Below, piece after piece: positions 11,159-22,945 of a stretch of 64,000 nucleotides of DNA. The DNA is taken from positions 1-64,000 of the forward strand of contig FLMG01004655.1 in the NCBI GenBank assembly GCA_900088475.1. Reading direction: 5' to 3'. Below the pieces are notes generated by a model. The model was given only the letters and a program-made list of their open reading frames with translations. It was not told the DNA's origin and searched no databases. The position numbers were made by a program, and so were the translations under genes. Every line of letters begins with the position of its first letter. Position 1 is the stretch's first letter. Origin of the DNA: Hyphochytrium catenoides (taxonomy: Eukaryota; Protista; Hyphochytriomycota).

Positions 11159-12862
11159 TCACAGACGTCCGCAGATGCAGCCCTTACGCCAAGTGAGGCA
11201 CAAGGGGGTACAACACTGACAGTAGAGCCACCGTCAGAAGAGCAAAGAATATAACCGTGGAGAAGTTATCCAGAACCGTCCGCAAAAAACCTAAAGCAGC
11301 TATAAACGGGAGAGTCACATGAATTAGCGACGTCTATACACTGCCGGGTCTGAGGTGAACCTACCAAGACCTTTCCCTAGCGCAGATTGGTTCCCAATCA
11401 GACTGGAAGAAAAGGAATCGTCCTGCTTCGAGGCATGTTAGCTCCAGAAAGGTACGGTCACGAAGATAGTGGTCACCTTGTGGTATCTTCCGCTCCATGC
11501 GCCGAACAATAGGTGCACGAGGAGACTGACCAGGGCCACGAGCAATATCAATGGGGGTGCGGCGATAAATAGATCCACCAAAGTGCCCTCAGAATCCACA
11601 TTGTAGACGGGTTTCCCTAGCTGATTGAAGACTCAGAAGATGTATCTAAAAGAAGATTGCCACGAGAGACAATCTTACCGTCTTGGCAGTATAGACCACA
11701 TCTAAAAGTTGAACATCGAGCTGCATGTCGGAAGAATATCAGGCAGTGGCTGAGCATTCCTAACTCTGTTTTAGGTTACCCTTTCTCGTTGTGCCTTCGT
11801 CCGGATCGCTTCCATCGGGATCCCTTGATCCATCATTCTAAAGTAAGTCTCATAAGCAGGGTCGTTTAGTAAGCCTAGAGTATAACGTGAGACCCTGAGT
11901 CACCAGAACGAAACAGCACCAACTAATCACCTTCAAGCTGCTGCCTGCCACGGAAGAGTAAGGTTCCTAGACAACTTTGTCAGCGGCGAAAAGTACAGTT
12001 GGACGTCGTCCACGAACTTGTGGGATGATGAGTACCTATGGATATGCCCAGAGCTATAAGCAGCAGTGTAAGCACTTGTCCTCGAAGGTAGTTTAGCCTT
12101 TTCAAAGCGACTTGTGCAGATAGTCGCGACGGAGCAACCGCCGCTGGGTGGCCTGAGGGTAGGACTTTTAGCTTCTGATTATTTTAGGTGGCTGTCGTTA
12201 TGTCCTTGGATAATGTATATCTCACCTCTGCTTTGCGCAAGAGTTTCTGCATCCTTACTGAACTTGGTTTGACCTTTAGAGGTGGTATCCGGAGAGACAG
12301 TTAGTATGAACTGCAAGCAAGTATCTTGCATTCTACGAGACCTTTCGAACTCTCGATAGAAGCTTGTGGCTGCTCCGGTGACTCTTGACCTCCATTATGC
12401 CGGTTCTTTCGTCTGATAGCTGCTTCCCTTCTTCGATTGACTGGGTCGTACTGTGCCGTTCTGTCCCCTGTCCCATGCTAAGCAACATGCATTAGTCCTT
12501 TTAGCATTCGGTTGACATCTCTTGTGATCTACTAGCTCCTTACACTTTCAGTAGCCTTCGATATGGCTTCCTCGCGACGAGGTACTTCTGCCGGGCCAGA
12601 ACCTGGCTGTTCAGAGGAGGTCATAGTCGCTTCTAACTCTGTAATGCTGTTATAAGTTGGGCGAACGCTGGAGAAAGAATCAAACGGCCTCCTTACGTTT
12701 CATGGAGCTTCTAGCAGCAGATCTATAGATAGCTTCAGACGGTGGTGATGAGGGTGCTTCTCCTAGCACCTTTTGCATTCTAGTCTCACTTTGCTCCAAT
12801 ATGCGCTTTCGCCTTGCTGCGGCACGCCTTGCGGCATCTGACATCTGCTCGTCGCCTGGCAT
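11159..12862 (-). CDS. GET2/CAML-like tail-anchored protein insertase subunit
   Basis: N-terminal AARRAAARRKRILEQSETRMQKVLG resembles the Get3/TRC40-binding segment of CAML (RRRKLLMNSEQRINRIMG). A disordered linker is followed by three hydrophobic segments (VLTLLLIALGISIG; LILLVALVSLLVHLLFGAW; RTVLDNFSTVIFFALLTVALL, preceded by an Asp as in CAML TM3). Confidence 0.65.
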
Positions 12863-13479
12863 ATTCTAAAGCCTTTGAAAGACAGGTGATCTCTGCAAGC
12901 TCAAAGAGGTTAGTCGTCTGCAGTGTATCTCTCCTGACACTTTACTTGGATCTTCTATCAGAATGACAAGCCGCGGGAGTTCATCCTCCCACTGCAGCTG
13001 CCGACACCGTCGAGATCCTCTGCTTCTCTTGACAAGAAGTGGGAAAAGGAGGAAAAGATGTTATCACAGACCGAGACCAAGTCACAGAAGAAGCCAGAAG
13101 CAGGGAACCGAAAATAAAGAGATAGTTCTATCATTCTCAAGTTCCCGGGGTGATCGATCACAAATCACAGATGGGGTAGGGATTTAGTTATCACATACTT
13201 CTACAGATATCTGGATGACGAGATGAAGAGTAAAGCGTGAAGAGGTTTTGTATAGTTCTAGGCCTTCTACGTAACAACCGCCGCCTTCTGAATAATGAGC
13301 AAACAGGAGCGAGGCTTGGATCTGGGAGGAGCTGGCTGAGCTCTTGGCTGGCTCTGTGGATAGAGATTGCAGTGGAGGTCTGGGTCTGGATATTGATTCC
13401 ATGAGTGGCAGGCACAGCCAGATCGAGCCACAGCCACAACGCAACAGAGGAGTCGCTCTTGGAAGGAAGCACTTGTAGG

Positions 13480-14911
13480 ATGACTCGATTGTATTATGTC
13501 GGCATTGACCTTGGAGGAACCAACGCCAAGGCTGGAGTGGTATCTGACGATGGAAAGCTACTCGCTAAAAAGGAAAAAGTCTTAACTAACCTGGAACCGG
13601 AAGAGGTGGTTGTCGACCTTGTTAGCTGCGCTACGGACGCGCTGGCAGAGGTAGATTCTTAGTTCCCATCGTGCCGATAGTGCTTCTCACGCCAGCCACC
13701 TAAACCGTAGGCGGGTACAGACTGGAGCCAGGTTGAACGAATTGGCGTGGGATCACCGGGGGCCATCGAAGACGGGAAAGTAATCTCGGCAGCTAACTTT
13801 CCTACATGGAGAGATGTACCCTTAGCAGCGCTAATTTCTGACAAAGCTAAGAAAGTGACGGTAAGGGTTGTCCCGGTCAGGCATCTTAGTGCGGACGTAC
13901 TAACGCGTCGAACTTTTGGGTACATTCTTAGACAGTCCTCACCAACGACGCCACAGCTGCAGCAGCGGGGGAACAGTGGATAACTGGAGCTTCCAACCTG
14001 GTGATTATAAGTAAAAAAGTCATCTCATCGACCTGAGGCAGGGTGCAATATGCAGTTGAGCTGATTAGCGGTGTAAGCTTTAGGCACCGGCGTCGGCTGT
14101 GGAGTTATTGTAGACGGCAAACCAGTCCATGGCGCATCTGATCTCATTGAGGCTGGCCACATGGTGAACATATATCGAGGCTATGGCATGGAAAAAGACT
14201 TATTGAGACCACCTAGATTGTTCAACCCAGGGGAGAGGTCTGTGGCTGTAGTCAACGAGGCTGTCTGGAGGCCTATGCATCAGCGCGCAGCATCGCAAAG
14301 AGAGCGGCCAGAATTGCTACAAATGAAGGTATGGAGGGCACCTCGGGTCAGGTAGCAAGCACTGATTTTGGCCCGACGCAGGCATACGCAGCACACTAGC
14401 AGGCCGCAAGAATCTCAGCAGTAAAGACGTGTTCGAAGCAGCAGAGGCTGGAGATGTTGCTGCACGAGCAGTAATAGAAGAGGTGTGTCATCTAACAGTT
14501 AGGGCCAGAAACAAGTGGATGGCGAACTAACTACTGGTGTCCCCGTAGGCTTTCGATTATTTGGGAATAGCTTGCGTTAACATCTGCCGGCTCATTGATC
14601 CTGAGGTACTGTGCAGCAAACTTCACAGGTGTCATTTCGCCATAACTCACCATGACACTTGCAGAGAATCGTTCTTGCCGGCGGGGTAAGCAAGGCGGGG
14701 CAGTTCTTGGTAGACGGAGTACGAAGTGCCTTTCATACCCACACTTGGACGAAGCTTCCAAATAAGGTGATAACCCACTATACCGACCTTTGACTGGGGT
14801 CTTACGCTCTCCATAAAGGTAACAATTACCACATCTGTTCTTGGTGAGGATGCGGGAATTGTAGGCGCAGCAGCAGTAGCCAGACACTCCATGGAAGCAG
14901 CCAGAACCTAA
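13480..14911 (+). CDS. ROK-family sugar kinase (glucokinase/N-acetylglucosamine kinase-like)
   Basis: VGIDLGGTNAK, GVGSPG, LTNDATAAAAGE, TLGTGVGCG, EAGHM..CGCSQRGCLEAYAS (zinc motif), IVLAGGV and DAGIVGAA, spread over about 8 exons. Confidence 0.92.
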
Positions 14912-15540
14912 CCTGGCCAATCAGGCTAGATGGGCTTCGATGTTCTCTTTGTTTTTGATGACTAGATAGCGGCTAACTGGAGGGAGCGCCTGTAGCTTAA
15001 TGCTATCCAGAACCCAATCTGGTGATAGTTGCTTTAGTCATCAACATTAGCCCTTGGACCAGCATTGTCTTTATTGGTTATACCTGGGTGAATGACCTTT
15101 ACCGAGCGGTGCTTCTGCCAATGACTGACATGTTAGGCTACTGCTACAGTAATGGTTGTGCCAAGAGCTAAGGGCACCTACCTTCATAATATCCTGAGTT
15201 TTACTGCCGCAGAGGTTGATGGCGATTATATGGGTTGTACTAGATAGTGAGTACAAAGGACTATGGAGTTCCCTTCAGTTTCCTCACGTATGGCGTCGTT
15301 TTAGGGAATCGCACCTGACAAACCCTCCGTTCAACTGGATAAGCTTGGATAGATGGAACCTGCACTGGACGATGTTAGCTGTCTACAAATGCACACTGAA
15401 GCGCGAGCAGAGCGCTGGGACTTACGCTGAAATAGAGTCCGTTCGTCCATTGATATAGAATGAGCATCCCTGGCATGTGAGGGCCTTAGGTCAGACGGAC
15501 CAGTCCGAACCAACATTTCACTTTCGAGGTACTACCATCG

Positions 15541-16587
15541 TCATACCTTGAAGAGCCCAGTGTTAGCCGCGAGTGCTTGCTTACTTACTGAACAGGTAGA
15601 ATCTGTTAGGCGACACGTGGTTGAATTGTCAATGGCCTTCAGCCTTACATTTTGCAAGCCTTTGTGCCCAATAGCCTCTTTCAGACAGTACGCCCTCAAC
15701 AGCGTCAGTGTTTGCTTCAACGATTCGCTTTCGATCTAGATTAAATAGATATTGCTGCCTCTAAAGTGAGGATGTTTGTCCGGTGTTTGTTCACGTCATG
15801 GGCCATGCTCTACCTTCGTTTCCACCTTTGCCTTCTTTGATTCCTTGCATGTTACCTCTGAGGACTTTTTCAGGTCGAAAAATGAAGTTATAGCTTGCTG
15901 CTTTCCTTGATCGTTGCTTGTGGCCAGAGGCCGCTTGCGCTTTGATAGTCTGGGAGGAAGAATGCACAGACACTCAGCAAGCCGCCCACAAGCCGGCGAA
16001 GTGCATAGTCCTGCTCGTACCCGCTCATTATTGCCGCGTTTTTCTTGTTTGTGGTCTCGATATGGACGATGCAATGGCAGCCGATGATGACGGGGTAACA
16101 GTAGCCTATCGTAGACTCGTGGTTGAAGAGATATAGAGGCATTCCAGGCCCACGTAACCAATCTCTTCTGCTGCTTTGGGACTTACCAGCACCGGTACTA
16201 ATTCCTCAGGTCCGCGTCGCTTTGTCTGCAATCTGCAGGCACCAAGAACTAGTTCTATTGAGGATGAGCTGAGACCAGAGGACCTGACATCCCAACCGGC
16301 ATCTTCATCGTTTGGCTTCGTTACAGAACTAAACAGAAGCAAGCAGGGGAAAGCAGGGACTGTTTGCTTTTTGTTTTTATCATTTCATCAATCATTGCCG
16401 TTAGCAGCTAACCCACGGAAGAGTTCATGATGAATTTCTTCCTCTTCGTGCAGACACTAAAGATTCTAGCGTTATTTATGCTTGATAGCTGAACAGCAGC
16501 CAACTGATTGATGTTGAGTACGGCTTCTTCAGGGCAAGCAGGCATGAGGAGGTGGTGGCATGTCAAGACGTCCTGCCGGGTAGCCAT
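15541..16587 (-). CDS. Hypothetical protein with PCNA-interacting (PIP) box
   Basis: Exons join in frame through GT-AG introns (..PEEA|CLHEEEE..FRG|SVTKP..VPVL|AWNAS..ETK|IESES..). Contains KQQAITSFF at 15877-15900 and the basic stretch KRKRP. Both ends are uncertain. Confidence 0.45.
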
Positions 16588-16655
16588 AAGAAGGGAAAGC
16601 GAAGTGCGCTCGTCTGCCAGTGGCACCATTTCGAACATGAGTGGAATTGCTTGTG

Positions 16656-19600
16656 CTAGCTTGCCTTAGTATTGCGCTTCCACCGGCGAAAGTAGTGTTC
16701 CCTCTAGGTGGCAATGGAAGGAGAGAAATGGGTGGTTAGAGAGATGGCCGCTATTCAAAGTGGGCACTGTCCCAGCAGCCCACTCATAAGGTTCTTCCAA
16801 TACCTGAGTGTTGCGCCACTTATATAGGATGGATGAGACAGCCCATAGGGCCTCATACGGATTCTTATATGAATGCAGTCTCTCAAAGACTTGAGGACCA
16901 AACTCTGACAGAGTAGAGACAGCCCATTGATGCACCGGTCTTCCCGAGGGGGAAGAAGGCTCAGCCCCCGCTTGCTTGGAAAGCGGGCTGCCCCGTTTTC
17001 TGTCTGATGAGGCTAAACCAGGCTTGGCGCGATTGTACTTCTTTCTGAAGATACGAGCGCTAACCTTGGCTTGGTGGGGAAGCCTTCACAAGAATGACCC
17101 ATTACTCTTGACTGGACTATGCTTCTTTGGCACCACATTAAAGATTCATAAGCTTACCAATAAATGACAAAGCAGCCATTTAACAGTCCGAGTAGACAGA
17201 GCGCGATGAACTGACTTACGTTCCCAATGGAGAAGAACAGGATTGAGAGAATAACCTAGATTCCAAGTGATCATCAGCGGATGAGCAGGTCCTAAACAAC
17301 GGCATATCCCTACCTCGTAAGCTAGTAGTGTCAGCGTCACAATGTGTAGCGCTGTCTCTACAATGGTCCCGCGCCCAGCAGTGTATGGCTTGATATAGAG
17401 GAAGTTGTATTTATCGGTATAATACTTCAGACAGAAATATATTGCACCGAATGGCGTGATGACAGGCGTGAGACAAGATCCCGCGAGCACTAGAGCGAAA
17501 ATGCTGCCACCAAAGTCAGGACATGACGCAAGATGTGCAGCCTAACATGGTGAGGGCCACTGACCATAGCGCATTGGCATAATCCCAGCCATAGAAATGT
17601 GGCCAGGGCTCTGCTGCCTCTTCTTTCTCTTTCTTAGTGATTGCCCGGGCTTCTAGCCTAGAGGGTGAACAAAGAATGGTCAAATATAATCGCGAGGATG
17701 CACTGGAGAGTACATTCCATACCATGGCTGCCAAATGAGTCTTTGTCCTAGTCTTGTAAGACTGATAGCATTTCCCAAAAAGGCGCTGCAAAGAGGAGAT
17801 GTAAGGACCCTAATTGACTCAAAGCATCAAGGAACACATGGTTTGAACATAAAAGTATCGTTTTTAGTCTTCCTGTGAGCCAAGAGCTCGTCGAGAGCAA
17901 GAGAAAGTGAAAGTGACCCATACTAGCCTTTGACAGACAAAGGTAACGAAGTAAGAGCCTGCAAAGCTCGCCAGGAAGTTGGCTACGTAGGTGCCGTGCA
18001 TCTTGTCATAAATATTTTTATCCAACAGAAGGACCACACTAGAGGCGCCAATGCTGTATAGAATGAAAGTGCTCTGCGTTGCAGTACGCCCGTTAGATGG
18101 TTGGAGCCTTTTTTTGAGCTGATAGGCAGAAACAAGCCTCACACAAAGGATGGACGAACTGACCAGAAACTGATACGTGAAGCCGTGCTTCATGATGCTA
18201 ACCATCTTCCTTGATTCGGTTTGATGAGGCTGGGCCCGGCCAATGTAGTAGATCATCAGCATGATCAAATAGTTGGTCAAGACCTGTTTCAGAACGGTCC
18301 ATCAGTACTGCATGAGCACCTAGCGACGCTGTGTCGTACATAGATGGGATAGCACTAAACATGCTAACACTCGGGAGAACCAGAACGAGCACCACATGGT
18401 CAAAAAGCGAGAGAGGAGTAGGTACACGCATAACTTACATTCAAAAGTGATGGGGCGTACTGGATAAAAAAAGACGCGACATAGGTATTCTGTCGCTTGA
18501 CATAATCAAATATCGGCCCGTTTTTCGACAGACCAATATATACAAGCATGGCGCCCGGTGTAGATAGAACCAGCATCACCAGCAGATTTATAAGATTCAG
18601 CACCAAGAACTTGACTGTCCGGCGTGTGGAGAAATCATCCAACGTCTAGAAGAGAAGGGAATCAAGAGTCAAGCTCATCCCCTACTAAGGTCCATGCTAT
18701 ACTTCCTCTCTCCGTGGTGCTATACTATTTAGCATTTCGAGGCTCACCATATTCTTCCAGTCAATGTCCTCAGGTTCTGGAGCAGGCAAAGCCATCATGA
18801 TTGTGAGGTCTACCTCCTTGCGTTGAGCAAGTTCGCGTAGCAGCTGCAGCATATCATCCCGAAGGTCATAGGAAACTACCTCGGTGGAAAGACATCACAC
18901 CACAGTCAGTATAGCTAAAGTATGCTGAAGAATACGTTAATAAGAGGCATAGTATAAGAACTGATGCCGCATAGTGGCAGCAACTCAGAGATGAGGGGAG
19001 AGGATATAGGCCACAACCTACCAGGATCAACAACCTCCATCTCAGGTACCGCCTCGACTGGCCTATTTCCAGTGGCCTTCTCCAAATCCCGCTCCTGGCC
19101 TTTGAGCATGTCAAACTTTGTTCTGAGCTTCGTCAAGGCCTTCTGAGTTTGCAGACGGGAGTCCTCGTCGTCTTCATAACTTGTCTCCCCGCAGCACTTG
19201 AAGAGGGGTCTGAGACAGGCCTCGGCGCGGAGAAAAGCACGGTCGAGACACTTGAACTTGGGCAGATTACGTAGGAAAACGGCTTGGGTTTCCGGCTGTC
19301 AGTAGCATATGATTAGGCGGTCCACTACATGGTAGGATGGATGGACAAGACTAAGCGCAGCAATAGGACCTCCTGAAGGGAAATACAATGATATACCAAA
19401 ACTGAAGGTTTTACGAAGTCACTTCCAATCGGCGCAGGGGTCATAAGGTTTTACTCACATTTTTGAACACGACAAAGGCTCGTCCTGAACTATGTCTCTC
19501 TCGAAGAAGAGCGTTTCCTACCTACAAGATTATTGAATCATCTCACAACGGGTATCACTGGTAGCGATCAACGTTTACATACCTCCTGCAGCTCAGCAAT

Positions 19601-21850
19601 TTCTTCCTTTAGGCGGACGATTCTCTGCCTCCTTCGCAATGCATACCGACTTATGAAGTCATCCTCCTCTTGGTCGGCGGCATTAGTAGAGATGTTGATA
19701 CCAGATATCTGGGAGGTCTCGGTTATGACCTCACCCTGCTGTCTCGCTCCTTCTCGTGAGGTAGGGCTATCGTGCACCTCCGGTCGCTTTTTGAAGGTGG
19801 TGATAGTCTCAGGAAGGCGATATGCAAGTCGGTCTAGAATTGAGTTTCGTCTTACGGCGCAAGGGAAACATGATAGGTAGCTCTGATAAGTCTCTAATGG
19901 ATGAGGGCAACAAGAGTTCCCAGGAAACCAGCGGGAGCAAAAGGGAACTCTTCCTGTCGCATGGCAGTCACACTTGAGTTACTACTTCGATTAAGGTGGT
20001 GGGAGACGTAACAGAACACGGAGAAGTAAGATCCACATAAGAGAGAGCCAGAGAATGTGCACGATAAATCAAGATAGAACATAACTTACCCTCAGTCTCA
20101 AGCTGAATCAGTGCTTCAAGGCGGCCTAACTCTCGCTCCTTCCTCATTCTCAGGTCAACAATTTTGTAGAATTCTTGAAGATCATGGACTATCACGACCT
20201 CTTCAATACACTGCACAGGTGTGAAAGACCACGGGAGCTCACATGAGATAACCACAGCGACGCGAGAGACCTTGGTGTTTCTAACTCTGACCAAACATGT
20301 AGGCCCAACGTACCCCTGGGAAAAGGCTGTCCATAACCTCGAACAGCTGCGCGTCTGTCATACTGCGCGGAAAGCCACCTCTGAGAAAAACGGTTCGCTG
20401 GCCCAAAAGAGCAGGCGAACCAGCTTGCATGGAATGGAGGGTGGTGAATTGTCTAAGATAGAATGACCTGTTAGTCTTGTGCACTATCCGCTACCCGCCC
20501 CTGGCAATGGTGTGCCATTTTGACTAATGTCGCTGTTCACCATAATCCCCTTCAACGAAAGCACCTTTCCTTTCCTCAGCTGTATCTATAGGTCTGTTCA
20601 TTCCATCCCATACGGTAGGGTACCTGTGCACGAATCTCATGACCAGGAATGCTGTTACGTAAATAAATAGCACATGTATCCACAGTATATCACTGTCCTT
20701 GGGCACATTCACGATTGTTGTTCGTCGGAATGGATCAGCAAACTCGGTGCCGTAGTAGGTGTAGTTCTAAAAGGGGAGATCGCAGCGTAAGCAGAAATGA
20801 AAAATCAGCCAGGAGATGGAGCCAGAGAGCTAGTGCAAGGATACTTCTAAGGCTCCTCGAAAGGGCAGCTGGGCTATCCTAGTTCCTACCAGTGGCAAGA
20901 TAATCCCCACGGAGAGGATACTAAGGGCGGCGAATAGCAGAGCGGCATCTCGATGGAACCGAAGTTCCATCGCGGCGTCGACGCCGCATAGACCCTGAAC
21001 AAATTTGTCATCCGGCTCCAACTTTAGGAAGCGCCGAACCCTTTCATACAGCCTGCGATCCCAGATTGCAGGATCTCTATTGACTAGCGACTCATCCTTG
21101 ATCCGAAAATGTAGCCGCTCAAACAGATTCTCCTTGTGCTCACTGTAAAACGGCAGCTTGAACTTCACAGCTCTTCTGATAACGAACCAGGCAAGACAGA
21201 GGACGAAGATCGCAACATTGATGCCCACACCAAACAGAAGGCCCTCAAAGCCCATCTCGGCGTCGTAGTCTACAATGACAAAGGCTCCAGAGGGTTTCAC
21301 CTCATACTTGAAAAGAACTATAGAGAGAGTTAGATAGCTTCTTCTCGAGAACATTCTGCGACAGTAAGAGACCCACCTTCTGGCGGCGCCTCATAGCGAA
21401 TGGGATAAATGCCCTCTTTGGAGGCCATTAGAATGAAGGACTGGGATACTTCTCCTGCCACAATCTTGATGGGGTTGGGAAAAATAAGCAAACTTTCTTC
21501 TTCCGAAAGGACCTTCACGACACGACCCGAGAGAATCGTAAGAGCCTGACAGACTTTCATGTGTGGAATGGACTTACCGTGATGTTAAGAGTAATATCTC
21601 TAGGTGATGGTGGCCAAACAGTAAGGTTCATGACGGCGGACCGATTGGCTCGTGTCACGGGGTAAACTGATGGCATGCTAATCAGCCCTAGAGTTGATCT
21701 ATTCGCCAGAAGCGAGCGGGTGACCCCGTGCCCAAGACTAAGATCTGTCAGGCTCCCGCGAAGTCCCACACGTAACATAAATACCACCATGGCGCTCAAG
21801 AGTAATAGAACGTCTAGTCTTCGTAGCTGAACAGCCACCCAAGTCCTCAT
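16656..21850 (-). CDS. CSC1/OSCA/TMEM63 (DUF221) mechanosensitive cation channel
   Basis: TM0 GLLFGVGINVAIFVL; CGVDAAMELRF..ILPL; TTIVNVPKDSDILWIHV; RTVFLRG; RAFVVF; APEPEDIDWKN; AQPHQTES; YGWDYA; YFCLKYYTDKYNFLYI. These are the standard DUF221 motifs in order over many exons. The C-terminal exon is uncertain. Confidence 0.9.
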
Positions 21851-22945
21851 CGTGCAACTCCACAAGGTTTAAGACAGGAGGAAATACCTGCGTGGCGCCT
21901 GCCACAAATTTTTTCGCTAAGCGGTTGTCAGCTCATCCTCGTCTCCCTCGCAACCTGCTGATGCGTCTTACTAAACCATCTGGCACATGTCTTCCAATTG
22001 CCAAGTAAAGGCCAACTCTATTCTGCCTCCTGCCTGTTCTCCTTGGTGCTCTCGTGCGCCGCCCCTAACAGACGACAGACACAAAGGAACGATATCGTTA
22101 TCATGGCATCATCGCTCTCAAGCTTCTCTCTCGTCTCTCGCGCATAACCCAGAGTGAATGCATAGTAGAATTCTACTTAGTTAATAACATAGTCCTGATG
22201 AGGCCGTTCCTGTGTTCCAGGTGGAATACCTTCCGCTAACGCCTATCTAGCGGGAGAAGTGCCGTTTTGGTGTTTTCACGCTGCCTCCAGAGTCCAGGAG
22301 GCAAGCAAGCAGGCCGCGACTTGTGAAGGAAGTACGAAGCAGTAGCTGATCAGGCATCACAGCTTACAGCGCTCTCAAAAGAACTATCTAGGTGATTATT
22401 ATTATACACCTTGGAACTCTCTGTTGACGGCCAACAACTAAAGGTAAAGTAGGTGATAAACGTTAGGATGCGAATCTAATGCATGGGTTTCGATAGAGCT
22501 TCCTTCAGTGCTCTCTTCTTCACACAGCAGGAGCTCTCAGGGAAGAGTGAGTTCTGCTTTCGCAGCGGCGCGCTGTTTGCCGCTAAGTTCTGGATAAGTC
22601 AACGAGCAGTCGGCTTTTTCCGTTCCATCCGCCTCTCGACAGCTCGAAGAGCCTTACAAGACAGTCAATACCTCCAGAAAGTGCTATGAAGATGAAAAGA
22701 GGGTGATCAAGAGACGCCATTGCAAGAGAGAAATGAACTAGCAGGTAACCGCCCTGATCAATAGGATGGAAAGGTTAGGTGGAGCTCCTTTGCGACAAGC
22801 TACACGAGCAGGATAGCACGCAGATCTCCCCCGACTTCAGCCCTATTGAAAATGGGAGGTCTAAAGCCAAGAGCTGAGGCGATGCCGTGATGATAAAGCG
22901 TAAGTCTTTCGTTTATTCGTTCCTTGCGACTTTTAGGCGTCCTAG

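Noticed and set aside
22194-22245. CTGATGAGGCCG resembling a hammerhead ribozyme core
   Set aside because: There is no closing stem II followed by GAAA, and no stem I/III pairing.
22476-22690. Minus-strand coding-like frame with an internal TGA (RKKPTAR*LIQNL)
   Set aside because: Short, with no recognisable domain or start context; indistinguishable from chance.
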